IMG/VR virus record: IMGVR_UViG_3300029893_000005
Location: 7,904-71,903 of that record
Strand: one strand, 5' to 3'
Length of the DNA: 64,000 nt
Source: a virus
This document shows positions 37,592 to 46,138 of the stretch, piece after piece (positions within the stretch are counted from its first letter, which is position 1; each line of letters starts with the position of its first letter). Position numbers and translations under genes: made by a program. The notes under the pieces are model-generated. The model saw only the letters and a program-made list of their open reading frames with translations. It was not told the origin of the DNA and searched no databases.

Positions 37592-37872
37592 TTTCCAACC
37601 CAAGCGGAGGAGCCGCAGCCGTTTATCCCTGGGTCATTGACGTCAATCCGGTTCTGACGCCCTCAGCGAACACGAACTGGAGCACGCTGAACCTCCCATC
37701 CGTCTACGGCAACGACTCGGCCGGCAATGCCCTGTTGTACGCCGCTATTGACAGTGCGGGTACTCAGAACGACGACTACTCTCTGGTAACGCTACGGATG
37801 GCGTCCAAGAACGCCTCAGCATCGTCGTATCAGGGCACGCTACAGTGGATACGCTTCCGGAGGACTGCGTAG
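37585..37872 (+). CDS. Small beta-rich protein, possibly a shortened fibre-tip domain
   Basis: Overlaps the previous gene; ends in LQWIRFRRTA. Confidence 0.4.
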   Translation: MVVSNPSGGAAAVYPWVIDVNPVLTPSANTNWSTLNLPSVYGNDSAGNALLYAAIDSAGTQNDDYSLVTLRMASKNASASSYQGTLQWIRFRRTA

Positions 37873-37874
37873 GG

Positions 37875-38096
37875 ATGAACTTCGACATCAAATGGCTGGA
37901 CTATGGGGCCCTGGGAGCCGCCTTCGGGGTGCTGGCTTACGCTCTCCACATGCTGAACAAGGTCATCCGCATGCACGAACAGTACATGGACCGGCTGATC
38001 GGAGTCGTCGACAAGAACGCTACGGCCAACACCAAACTCTCGGTCGGGGTGAACAATCTGGTTGAGGCGCATCTGCGCCAGGACCGGGAGGAGTGA
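37875..38096 (+). CDS. Putative holin (single TM, BhlA/UviB-like)
   Basis: N-terminal hydrophobic helix YGALGAAFGVLAYAL followed by a charged helix with ..KN..A.T.L. Confidence 0.6.
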   Translation: MNFDIKWLDYGALGAAFGVLAYALHMLNKVIRMHEQYMDRLIGVVDKNATANTKLSVGVNNLVEAHLRQDREE

Positions 38097-38102
38097 TACG
38101 TC

Positions 38103-38282
38103 ATGCTGCGGCTATTCTTGAACGGGGGCAGCAAGCGGCTGGAGGAGGCTCTGGAGCGGTACGAGAAATCTACCGAGGAGAAGGAGGACGTCTGCCGCCG
38201 GGTTCAGGCCTGCGTACGGGTGCGTGCTCCTCGACGCAAGAAGGAGGCACCCCATGACACAGCAGCCCCTGACCGACGCTGA
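38103..38282 (+). CDS. 59-aa basic/helical peptide after the holin
   Basis: Translated by hand: MLRLFLNGGSKRLEEALERYEK...; GGAG SD. Confidence 0.45.
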   Translation: MLRLFLNGGSKRLEEALERYEKSTEEKEDVCRRVQACVRVRAPRRKKEAPHDTAAPDRR

Positions 38283-38883
38283 GATATCCCTGCTCCTGGC
38301 GAAGGAGAGCCTGGAGAGCCCGGCCGCAGCCAAGATCGGCCCCACCTCTGACCTGCGGCAGAGCGTGACCGACGCCTTCACAGCCGCCGCGGACATGCTG
38401 AAGGACTGCCCCATCACGGTCCGTGGTCGGGACGAATTCCACAGCAAGGAACTCGTCTACCACCCGCACACCGGGCTCCAGGTCTGCGAGCGCAACGGCG
38501 GGGGCGTACCCTGGCAGAAGACCCCCGAGACGGTGCTGGCCGCATGTATGCCGCTGCTGGAGCGCCTCAAGCGGATGCATGCGGAACTGGTCCCCAAGCA
38601 TCAGACTCAGGTGCTGGTCAACATCTCCCAGGCGGTGATCGATACCGCGGCGCTGGACGCCAAGCCGGCCGAGCCGGTGCTGGAGGAGCCGAAGGAGGAG
38701 CCCGCCCCCAAGAAGGTGGCGGTGGAGGCTCCCAAGGAGGACGACGTGCCAGAGGTTCCGGAAGTCCTCACCCTCGACGACGCCCTGTCGAAGGCAGCCA
38801 AGACCCAGACCACCGGCCGCGCCGCTGTCGGCAAGAAGCCGAAGGCCCCCCGAGGCGGGGGTGCGAAGGGCGGTCGTCGCTAG
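38254..38883 (+). CDS. Hypothetical protein with an acidic/Pro linker and Lys-rich tail
   Basis: ATG at 38254 with AAGGAGG SD. Confidence 0.6.
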   Translation: MTQQPLTDAEISLLLAKESLESPAAAKIGPTSDLRQSVTDAFTAAADMLKDCPITVRGRDEFHSKELVYHPHTGLQVCERNGGGVPWQKTPETVLAACMPLLERLKRMHAELVPKHQTQVLVNISQAVIDTAALDAKPAEPVLEEPKEEPAPKKVAVEAPKEDDVPEVPEVLTLDDALSKAAKTQTTGRAAVGKKPKAPRGGGAKGGRR

Positions 38884-38920
38884 AAACCTTTCCCCGGACC
38901 CAATCACAGATCACGGGAAG

Positions 38921-39163
38921 TCAGCCCTCTCCTGGAAACGGGAGGGGGTTCTTTTTCTCCTGGGTGAAGCGGATGTTCAAGTCCTGGATGGCGCTCATCG
39001 TGCTGCGTAGTGCGTCCTGCATGTCCCACAGGTCCTGCTGTGTGATGTCGAGCCCGACGCGGGCCTCGTACTCCTCTGGACCGTCCTCGGGGACGCCCCC
39101 GAGTTCGGTATAGCACTCCCGGCAGAACAGCATCTTGCTGGTGCCGTGCTCACAGGTCCTCAC
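38921..39163 (-). CDS. Small hypothetical protein with Cys/His N-terminus
   Basis: 80-aa ORF with CEH...CREC and GAGG SD. Confidence 0.5.
   Translation of the reverse strand: MRTCEHGTSKMLFCRECYTELGGVPEDGPEEYEARVGLDITQQDLWDMQDALRSTMSAIQDLNIRFTQEKKNPLPFPGEG
38923..38956 (+). terminator. Intrinsic terminator closing the + cassette
   Basis: AGCCCTCTCCTG-GAAA-CGGGAGGGGGTT then CTTTTT. Confidence 0.75.
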
Positions 39164-39462
39164 TTCCGCTTGGTCGCCTTCTTCTTGGTGGGGGCGGCTC
39201 TGCGCTTCGGCTTGGCCACCACCTTCGGGGCTTGGGCAGCTCTCGACGACCGCTTGCGGGGGGCGGGCCTGGGGGCGCCTTCGTCTACGACGAGCTGCTC
39301 GGTGGGGTTGGCCTTCATGTAGGCGACGCCCAGGCTATTGACGAAGCGCGACAGCGACAGCCCGCGGGCACGGGCATCCATCTTCAGCCGTGCGTGTACC
39401 TCCGCGTCCAGGAAGACGGTGGCGCACACGCCCTTGTTCGAGTAGATCGGACCACGACCCAT
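39160..39462 (-). CDS. Ribbon-helix-helix protein with a Lys/Arg-rich tail
   Basis: ATVFLDAEVHARLKMDARARGLSLSRFVNSL is an RHH pattern; the tail reads KPKRRAAPTKKKATKRK. Confidence 0.7.
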   Translation of the reverse strand: MGRGPIYSNKGVCATVFLDAEVHARLKMDARARGLSLSRFVNSLGVAYMKANPTEQLVVDEGAPRPAPRKRSSRAAQAPKVVAKPKRRAAPTKKKATKRK

Positions 39463-39495
39463 TCCTTATGAACCTCCGGGATTCCCCACCCGCCT

Positions 39496-39525
39496 AGTAT
39501 ACCACGATTGTGAAGAAACCGTCAA
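39496..39525 (-). promoter_or_regulatory. Sigma70 promoter with a half-operator in the spacer
   Basis: TTGACG, 18 bp, TG-G-TATACT; TTGTGAAGA at 39508-39516. Confidence 0.75.
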
Positions 39526-39953
39526 ACGACTTTCTTCGCCCGCGCCCGCTTTCGTGGTTTCTCACAGCCTGGGTAGAGGTCCAGTCGAACCCGAATCCCG
39601 GGCGTGTCGGAGTACCCCTTACGGGCGACCAGTTCCACGATCTGGCGGTCGTCCTTGAAAACCACCTTGTTCAGGGCGTCGGTCACCAGCTTGGCGTAGT
39701 TGTCGACGTCCCCGCGGCCGGGTTCCTTGCCTTCCCACCAGTCCTTTGGCTTGTCAATCAGTGCCGTGACCTCGGCGGTAAGGGGGCCGTCCCATGGCTG
39801 GCTCATCCCGTTGCGCTGCATCCACCGCATAGCGGTAGCGCGGATGACCGCCTCCTCGTCCTGGGTACGCTTCGGGGTGTAAGCATGGCCGGTGGCCTTG
39901 GCGAATCGGGGGCGGGCCTTCGGCTTTGCCTCTCCGGGGACGAAGAACTCCAT
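39510..39953 (-). CDS. rusA: RusA-family Holliday junction resolvase
   Basis: PGEAKPKARPR, DVDNYAKLVTDAL, FKDDRQIV motifs. Confidence 0.9.
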
Positions 39954-40018
39954 GGTAAACTCCGCGCATACCAACCCGCTCCAGCAGCGGCGGGTCAGAA
40001 GGGCGCTCATGTCCACCT

Positions 40019-41773
40019 TCATGCCCCGTAACTCCTCAACTCCGAGAATCCCTCGGCGTCCTTGACCGCCAGCAGCGCCCGGTCGTAAGGCACCGCCACC
40101 TCCTGCGGCAGGGTGACGAAGACCTGATCGAACTCCTCGGACAGGGCGCGGATGGTCTCCACGATGTTCTCCACCCCTACTTCGTCCACGCTGCCCGAGC
40201 AGGGGTCGTCGAGCACCAGGAAGTTCAATGGGGTGGTGCGGGTGTACTGTAAGGTTTTGCGCAGCGCCATCAGCACCGCGATGTTGGCCCGCCACACCTC
40301 GCCCTTGCTGAAGCACTCCACGCTGACCGGGCCGTCCTCCGTCTCCAGCACGATGGCGAAACCGCTCTTGCTGGGCGGGAAGGTCACGCGGAAGGCGTGG
40401 CCCACCAGCCGCAGCATGTACTGGTTGACGTGGTGCTGCATCATGACCCGCACCCGGTCGAGCATAATGGTACGCAACCCCTTGCTGCCAAAGGCCTCCA
40501 CCATGAAGGTGTAGTCCTCGACATCCTGCTTGGCCGCCTTCAGGCCGTCCTCCGCTACGGCTTGCCCTGCCTGAACTACGCACAGGTTCTTGCGGGCTTC
40601 CGCCACCGTAGCCCGGAGGGCTTCGCGGGTGATGTCGGCAGGAGGCTCGTTCAGCCCCTCGTACTCCGTCTTTAGGCTCTTGATCTGCCTACGCAGGGAC
40701 TCGACAGTGAACTCCGCCCGCTCTGCTTCACGACGCTCGGCTCGGGCTGCCTGCAGCTTCTGACCGGTCTCTCGCCATCGCTTCTCTGCCTCGTTGAGTT
40801 CCTTGCGGATCTTCTTCAGGTCCCGGATGGCCGCCTTCAGGCCGTCCTCCGCTACGGCTTGCCCACATGTGGGGCACGGCTGCCCGGCCCTCAGTTCCGA
40901 CAGCCGACGCAACGTAGCCTGCTCCGCTTCAGCCACCGCCATCTTGCGCTGCCAGGACGCCTCCTGGTGTTCGAGGGACTTGACCTCCTCCGCAGCGTCG
41001 TTAGCCTTCGCCGCCAGAGCCTTGGCCGAGGCCAGTTGCTGGCGCAGGTCCTGCAGCGTCGTCTCGATCTCCTGACGGCGGGTGGCCCGCTTCTGCTCCG
41101 CGGCGGCCACGCGCTCGTCGTACTCCGCCAGGGCGGCTGCCGCCCGCTCGTACCGGGCCTGCTCCCGCTCCTTCTGCGCCATGAGCGAGTCAATCTCGGC
41201 CGTGTGCTTCGCCCGCCGTTCCTTTGCCTCGGTGAGGGTGTCGCTGGCGATCTTGCGGGTGCGGGCGAACAGGTCCGCCGCCAGCAATCCTTCGAGGATT
41301 TCCATGCGTTGGGCGTCCTCGGCAAAGAGGAACTGGACGGTCTTGCTCTCCCCGTCAATCCACAGGCTGTTGTAGAACAGGGCGTTGTCTATTCCCAGGA
41401 TACGGGACAACTCCCGCTGCACCTCGGCGAGGTCGCCTTTCCCCTCGTCGGCCCCCGCCCTGAAGTACAGGGACTCGGGGTAGCCCCGCTTCTTACTGCG
41501 CCGCACCAGCAGCCGGTCGAAGGCGACCTCCACGAAGCACTCGTCGGACTGGCGGTTGATCACCTCGTCCTTCTTCACCTTCATGGGCAGCCGCCCGGTC
41601 AGGCACCAGCACAGCGCCATGAACACCGTGCTCTTGCCGGCCGCGTTGCTGCGGAACTTCTCCGGGTCCTTTTCGTTCTTGCCGAACAGGAATAGCGGCC
41701 CCTTGTCGAACTCCAGCGAAAATTCATCGAAGAATGAGCGGAAGCCTCGCAAGGTCAGGCTCTGCAGGTTCAT
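40019..41773 (-). CDS. SbcC/Rad50-like recombination ATPase (gp46-like)
   Basis: Walker A NAAGKST, coiled coils with a CPTCG zinc hook, signature FSKGE, Walker B LVLDDP. Confidence 0.85.
   Translation of the reverse strand: MNLQSLTLRGFRSFFDEFSLEFDKGPLFLFGKNEKDPEKFRSNAAGKSTVFMALCWCLTGRLPMKVKKDEVINRQSDECFVEVAFDRLLVRRSKKRGYPESLYFRAGADEGKGDLAEVQRELSRILGIDNALFYNSLWIDGESKTVQFLFAEDAQRMEILEGLLAADLFARTRKIASDTLTEAKERRAKHTAEIDSLMAQKEREQARYERAAAALAEYDERVAAAEQKRATRRQEIETTLQDLRQQLASAKALAAKANDAAEEVKSLEHQEASWQRKMAVAEAEQATLRRLSELRAGQPCPTCGQAVAEDGLKAAIRDLKKIRKELNEAEKRWRETGQKLQAARAERREAERAEFTVESLRRQIKSLKTEYEGLNEPPADITREALRATVAEARKNLCVVQAGQAVAEDGLKAAKQDVEDYTFMVEAFGSKGLRTIMLDRVRVMMQHHVNQYMLRLVGHAFRVTFPPSKSGFAIVLETEDGPVSVECFSKGEVWRANIAVLMALRKTLQYTRTTPLNFLVLDDPCSGSVDEVGVENIVETIRALSEEFDQVFVTLPQEVAVPYDRALLAVKDAEGFSELRSYGA
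40531..40864. repeat. Exact 37-bp direct repeat (40531-40567 and 40828-40864), 297 bp apart and in frame
   Basis: TGGCCGCCTTCAGGCCGTCCTCCGCTACGGCTTGCCC occurs twice and encodes GQAVAEDGLKAA twice. Confidence 0.9.
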
Positions 41774-41940
41774 ACGATCCCCGTTCCCTTGCAGTCACGA
41801 CAGCGGGTATGGCGGTCTTGAGGTTCCCCGAGGTAGCCACGGCCCTCGCAGGGCGCACAGGGGCGTGTCCGGCACATCCAAGCAACCCAGGCGTAAGTGA
41901 CTACCAGCACCAATCCGATCAACGCCAGCACGAGCGACAT
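41770..41940 (-). CDS. 56-aa membrane-anchored protein with a DnaJ-type zinc finger
   Basis: Translated by hand: MSLVLALIGLVLVVTYAWVAWM...CAPCEGRG...CRDCKGTG. GGAG SD; its stop overlaps the ATG of the SbcC-like gene. Confidence 0.7.
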   Translation of the reverse strand: MSLVLALIGLVLVVTYAWVAWMCRTRPCAPCEGRGYLGEPQDRHTRCRDCKGTGIV

Positions 41941-41941
41941 G

Positions 41942-43003
41942 CTACGACTCCCTCGCCTTCTTTAGCAGCGCCAGCCCGATGGACTTCAGGCGGCTCTTGG
42001 ACTTCTTGTCGACCTTCTTCAGGTCCAGGTACTTCTCGATCAGCGCCGGGTAGTCGTCGATCAGATCCTCCGAGATTCGCTCGTCGCTGTCGGCGATCTG
42101 CACGGAGGTGCGGATGGGCAGTACCTCAGCCTCCGGGTACATGCGCCGCACCCGCTCGTACAGTTCGGGGGCGCACTCGATCTTGGTGTAGTTGTCCTTC
42201 TTGTATGGCACCGTGATGCCAGCCGCGGAGTCGATGACGAAACGGTCGAACTTCGGGAACCTGTCGCCGATGCGGATAGGAGAGATGTGGCCGCCGTTCG
42301 GGTCGCACTGTAGTACCCAGAAGCCGACGTTCCCTTCGTCTCCGAAGGTGTGGGGGATGGGGGCGCCCAGGTACATGGCGTTGTCCGCCACCCTCTGGTG
42401 CATGTGGTAATCGCCCATCAGCACCAGATCCCACAGGTCCGGCTCGATGTCGGTGACGGACACTCGTTGCGGGGGCTGGAAGTTCGACAGGCTGGGCTTG
42501 CCTTCGCTCAGACCGACATGGGTTAGCAGGATGACCCGTTGCCCGCTGTCCCTCTCCTTGCGGGCGATCTGCTTGACTTCGGCCAGCCGCTCCTTGTACG
42601 TGTCAGCCTCGTACCAAGGCAGGAAGAAAAGAGAGGCCTGCGCTTCCCGCAGAGGGGTTATCCGCGGAGTGCTGATGATCTGAGCGAGGCCGCTGTTGAA
42701 GATGCGCAACAGGCTGTGGTTCTCTTCCCCCGGACGGAAGACGTCATGGTTCCCCAGCAGGATGACCACTCGCAACTTCTTCTCGCGGGCCCGTTCCAGA
42801 AACTCGTACACCATCAGCACGACTTCGGGAGACGGGTGCTTGGCGTGCCACACATCCCCGAGCAGAATGATGTGGGAGCACTGGTGCGTCTCCGCCTCCT
42901 CGATCAGGGCGTCGAACAGGCGGCGGCAAACCGGCTGCCGGGGCTTGCCCAGGATCGTGCCGTCGCGGGCGTGGAGGTCACTCCCCAGGAGGGCTCGGAA
43001 CAT
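41942..43003 (-). CDS. SbcD/Mre11-like metallophosphoesterase nuclease (gp47-like)
   Basis: SDLH, LLGDVWH, LGNHD, LLTH, MGDYH motifs. Confidence 0.9.
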   Translation of the reverse strand: MFRALLGSDLHARDGTILGKPRQPVCRRLFDALIEEAETHQCSHIILLGDVWHAKHPSPEVVLMVYEFLERAREKKLRVVILLGNHDVFRPGEENHSLLRIFNSGLAQIISTPRITPLREAQASLFFLPWYEADTYKERLAEVKQIARKERDSGQRVILLTHVGLSEGKPSLSNFQPPQRVSVTDIEPDLWDLVLMGDYHMHQRVADNAMYLGAPIPHTFGDEGNVGFWVLQCDPNGGHISPIRIGDRFPKFDRFVIDSAAGITVPYKKDNYTKIECAPELYERVRRMYPEAEVLPIRTSVQIADSDERISEDLIDDYPALIEKYLDLKKVDKKSKSRLKSIGLALLKKARES

Positions 43004-43184
43004 CCCGTGCCTCCAACGCGGCGATACGAGCCTCAAGCCCCGCCACTCGATCGACCATCTTGTTGTGGGCTCGGGCCAGCGGCTTGTGCCGCTGTTCCAC
43101 CCAGTCCTCGAACTCCCCGCAAGTGAGTTTCATTACGCGCTTGGCCGTGCCCATCAACTTGTTCACGAAGTCGTCTTTGTTCAT
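42978..43184 (-). CDS. Small coiled-coil hypothetical protein
   Basis: 68-aa ORF directly downstream of a consensus promoter. Confidence 0.5.
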   Translation of the reverse strand: MNKDDFVNKLMGTAKRVMKLTCGEFEDWVEQRHKPLARAHNKMVDRVAGLEARIAALEARDVPSPPGE

Positions 43185-43193
43185 TGTGAATCT

Positions 43194-43222
43194 ATTCTAC
43201 ACAATCTTGTGAAGATTGTCAA
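43194..43222 (-). promoter_or_regulatory. Sigma70 promoter with a 19-bp palindromic operator in the spacer
   Basis: TTGACA, 17 bp, TAGAAT; ACAATCTT-GTG-AAGATTGT at 43201-43219. Confidence 0.8.
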
Positions 43223-44121
43223 CGCTTCTTCTGAAGTGCCCAGAAATAGGAATGAAAACGCCGCAGGTGCTGCTGCTTGCTGTGGTTGTGCCCGGTGATT
43301 CGCCGCTTGGCGGCCAGGATAGCGAGATCCTTAGCGTAGTAATCGAGGCTGATTACAGCGTGGTACCACACATGGCAGTGGGTCCACACCTGCTTGCCGC
43401 TTTCCACGATATCCTGACACTTGAAAACCAGGATACCCCCGGGTGTAAGAATTCGCTTGAACTCCCGCAGAGCGCCCCAGTACAATTCCTGCAACTCCTT
43501 CTGGCTGGGATAGGAGTCGAAGCGGTTACCGATAATGGAGTCCTTCCCGCCGGCGTGGATGAATGGGAGGTCGCACAGTATACTGGATTCGGAATCATCC
43601 AGGAGCGGCAGGTCACGACAGTCGGCCTTGATCACCCCCTCAGCCCGGGGGCTGATATCGAACTTCCACTTCGGTTGCGGAATCTTCCCGCTCTTGTAGA
43701 AACCCCCCGTGCTGTACGTTGGGTCAACGCCCCACCGTTCGATCTTGTGAACTTTCATCAAAGCCAGCAACAAGTCGTCCTGGCTATGGAAAATCGTGGG
43801 CTCGGGCTTCGACTCTGGGAGGTTGTCCCAGGGTGCCTCACCGGGCGTGGGCGGGTCGTTGACGCGAGCGGCGCGAAGGCAGGCCCACATCTCTACTCCG
43901 TCATGCTCTGTGATGGGCTCGCGGCACCACGGACAGTCAGCGGTGATCTCGCGCAGTCCTTTTTCCAGCGCGAGATACGCACGGGCGAGGACGGGGTACG
44001 ACTGCTGCAACACTCGCCACTTGTCCATGTCGGCAAACGAACGAGCGCCGCCTCGCTCCTCGAAGGCGAGTACCTCCTCCGCGATTGCGCGGGCGTCAGT
44101 GGGGGTGGTGGGGTCAGTCAT
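43219..44121 (-). CDS. SAM-dependent (amino) DNA methyltransferase-like domain fused to an unrelated N-terminal module
   Basis: VDPTYSTGGFY, DCRDLPL, CDLPF, RILTPGGILVFKCQD motifs. The MTase half is visibly AT-richer than the N-terminal half. Confidence 0.75.
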   Translation of the reverse strand: MTDPTTPTDARAIAEEVLAFEERGGARSFADMDKWRVLQQSYPVLARAYLALEKGLREITADCPWCREPITEHDGVEMWACLRAARVNDPPTPGEAPWDNLPESKPEPTIFHSQDDLLLALMKVHKIERWGVDPTYSTGGFYKSGKIPQPKWKFDISPRAEGVIKADCRDLPLLDDSESSILCDLPFIHAGGKDSIIGNRFDSYPSQKELQELYWGALREFKRILTPGGILVFKCQDIVESGKQVWTHCHVWYHAVISLDYYAKDLAILAAKRRITGHNHSKQQHLRRFHSYFWALQKKR

Positions 44122-44776
44122 GGGGGGCCTCCTTGGTGGGGTAGACGCTACCTCGATAGGCGTCGAGGTGTCGGAGGGCGGCGAGAAGGGCGGCGTTCAG
44201 GTCCTCCGCTTTGCCCAACACATACTCCAGCAGGGCATGCTCTGCTTCGAGCGCCCCCTCCAACGCCGCGATCCGCCTGTCCTGGGCATTGGCACGAGCC
44301 TCCACAAGCGGCACGTCGCGAGCCGCCACGAGCGCAGAACCGAACGACTCGTACCCCAGGGCGTTGATCAACTGAATCAGGCGCACCTCGAACTCACGCT
44401 TCTCTCTCGTCAGGCGCTCGTTCTCCGACTGCAACGCCGCGATGGTGGCGAGGAGGCGGGGGATGTCGGTGCGGGCGTGGGCAATGAAGGCGGCGTCGGG
44501 CTCGTCTATCACCGCGCTGTGGTAGGCCAGGAGGTCGTCCGTTGGGTCGATCCCGTGGACGGTCGTCACGACGGGCGCCGGGCCCCTCAATTGGCCGTGC
44601 TCCCAAGCGGTGTGAATGCCCCGTGCGCACCGCATGAGCAAGCCGTCGCCACGGTGGCACACTCGCTGCTGGCCGTCGCGCCAGACCCACCATTCGACTT
44701 GCCACGGTCCCGGCGTAGCAGCCTCCGCCCGCGCCGCAACCTCGCGGAGTTCGTCGGGGGTCAGGGGGTCAGTCAT
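44114..44776 (-). CDS. Ead/Ea22-like phage protein
   Basis: ELR..AEAATPGPW ... DAAFIAHARTDIPRLLA motif followed by a coiled coil. Confidence 0.75.
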   Translation of the reverse strand: MTDPLTPDELREVAARAEAATPGPWQVEWWVWRDGQQRVCHRGDGLLMRCARGIHTAWEHGQLRGPAPVVTTVHGIDPTDDLLAYHSAVIDEPDAAFIAHARTDIPRLLATIAALQSENERLTREKREFEVRLIQLINALGYESFGSALVAARDVPLVEARANAQDRRIAALEGALEAEHALLEYVLGKAEDLNAALLAALRHLDAYRGSVYPTKEAPHD

Positions 44777-45108
44777 CGATTCTTCCTCCTTACGACACGG
44801 CGGTCTCCGGTATCCGTCAGCCGCGGTGTCCACTGGTTCCGTACCCGCCCGCGACGAGCCGTGTCCTGGTTATTCTGCTTTCGAGTACCCTCTGCGAGGT
44901 GCTGTCCGTTTTCACAACGACGGTAGCTGCAGACGACGTGACGGGCAACGTATCCTCGACGAATTCTGCGCCCCAGTCGTTTCTCCAGCGCACGACGATG
45001 CGCCAACACTTTCTTCTTCTCGTCCGGGCAGTACATCGTGGGATACCCGCTCTCATTGACCGGGTGCGACAGATCGACGATGCAGTCAGGAAGCGGCTGA
45101 ACTTCCAC
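44773..45108 (-). CDS. HNH endonuclease (zinc-binding, HNH_3-like)
   Basis: GTG start with AGGAG SD; GYP...LAHR...VARH..C..RRC.N.QHL.EGT..QN. Confidence 0.7.
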   Translation of the reverse strand: MEVQPLPDCIVDLSHPVNESGYPTMYCPDEKKKVLAHRRALEKRLGRRIRRGYVARHVVCSYRRCENGQHLAEGTRKQNNQDTARRGRVRNQWTPRLTDTGDRRVVRRKNR

Positions 45109-45292
45109 TCTCTTGCTCCTTCTTCGTCCCCCAGAACGCCGACTTAGGGGCGCAGGCCCACCCTGGGCTGTGCCATTCTTCGCACACGTCGCAGAGCCGC
45201 ATAGTAGACAACTCCTTACGGCAGAAATAGCAGCCGCACGCGGCGCAGAGGCGGCACTTACAGGTCTTGCTGTGCCCAAACGAAGGAGTCAT
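45086..45292 (-). CDS. Cys-rich small protein
   Basis: HSKTCKCRLCAACGCYFC...CDVCEEWH. Confidence 0.5.
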   Translation of the reverse strand: MTPSFGHSKTCKCRLCAACGCYFCRKELSTMRLCDVCEEWHSPGWACAPKSAFWGTKKEQESGSSAAS

Positions 45293-46137
45293 TCGTCCGC
45301 CTTCGTTGGGGGCCATTCGTAACCGCGACACTCCCCCGGCAACGTCTTTCGGTACTGCTCCCAGCCGTAAAAGTTCCCGGAGAAAAAGTTCCCGGAGAAA
45401 AATCTGCTGGGCCGTGCCTGATGCTCGAACGGGCTCATGTGCCCAGACGCCAGGAGACGATCATGAAGTTCGAGGTCCTTTAGGACGTCGGGAGCGGTTC
45501 CGTCGTGGTTATTGTAGGACACCCGAGCGCATCGAGCCACGGAGCATCTTACGGCTTCGTTATCTGTCAGATCCACGTTCGGTTGTCCCGGGAAGTCCAC
45601 CAGTGGTACGTGCCACTGCCCCCAGGCCTTGGCCTCGGGAGTAGAAGCATAGTACGCATCTCGCATCATCTCTGCGATATGCCGCATCTCGGGCTGGGCG
45701 TCCGGATGACAGCGCAGTGCAAAGAAGTTTCCCCACGAAGTTGCGGTAATAATGCCGGTAACGTAGGTGAACGGCTCCAGAATGCGGTTAGCGAGTTGCT
45801 TGTGGACGCCCAGATCCGCCAACTCTTTGGCCCAGTAAATTGCATCTTGTATGGCATTTACCCACACTGACTCTGCCGCCTTTGGGTCATCCGCTTCTTC
45901 TGTCGCCTGCATCCCAGGTCGGTTTTTCCCGAACGCCATGGGAATCACCGGGTCTTGACGGACCATCTCAATGCGCCTGCTTACCGGAATGGCTCGCGAG
46001 GATGCGTAGTTGCGGCTGAACATGCGATGTGTATTCATCTCTGCCAGAATGAAGCGGGGAAACTCGACCTCCATGGTAGTCAGGCGAACGTCAATAGGGC
46101 TGATACTATCGGCCAAGATCCTTACTCGATACGGCAT
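45289..46137 (-). CDS. thyX: Flavin-dependent thymidylate synthase
   Basis: AEMNTHRMFSRNYASSRAIP, NRILEPF, FFALRCH...QPEM, H.SPFEH motifs. Confidence 0.9.
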   Translation of the reverse strand: MPYRVRILADSISPIDVRLTTMEVEFPRFILAEMNTHRMFSRNYASSRAIPVSRRIEMVRQDPVIPMAFGKNRPGMQATEEADDPKAAESVWVNAIQDAIYWAKELADLGVHKQLANRILEPFTYVTGIITATSWGNFFALRCHPDAQPEMRHIAEMMRDAYYASTPEAKAWGQWHVPLVDFPGQPNVDLTDNEAVRCSVARCARVSYNNHDGTAPDVLKDLELHDRLLASGHMSPFEHQARPSRFFSGNFFSGNFYGWEQYRKTLPGECRGYEWPPTKADE

Positions 46138-46138
46138 A

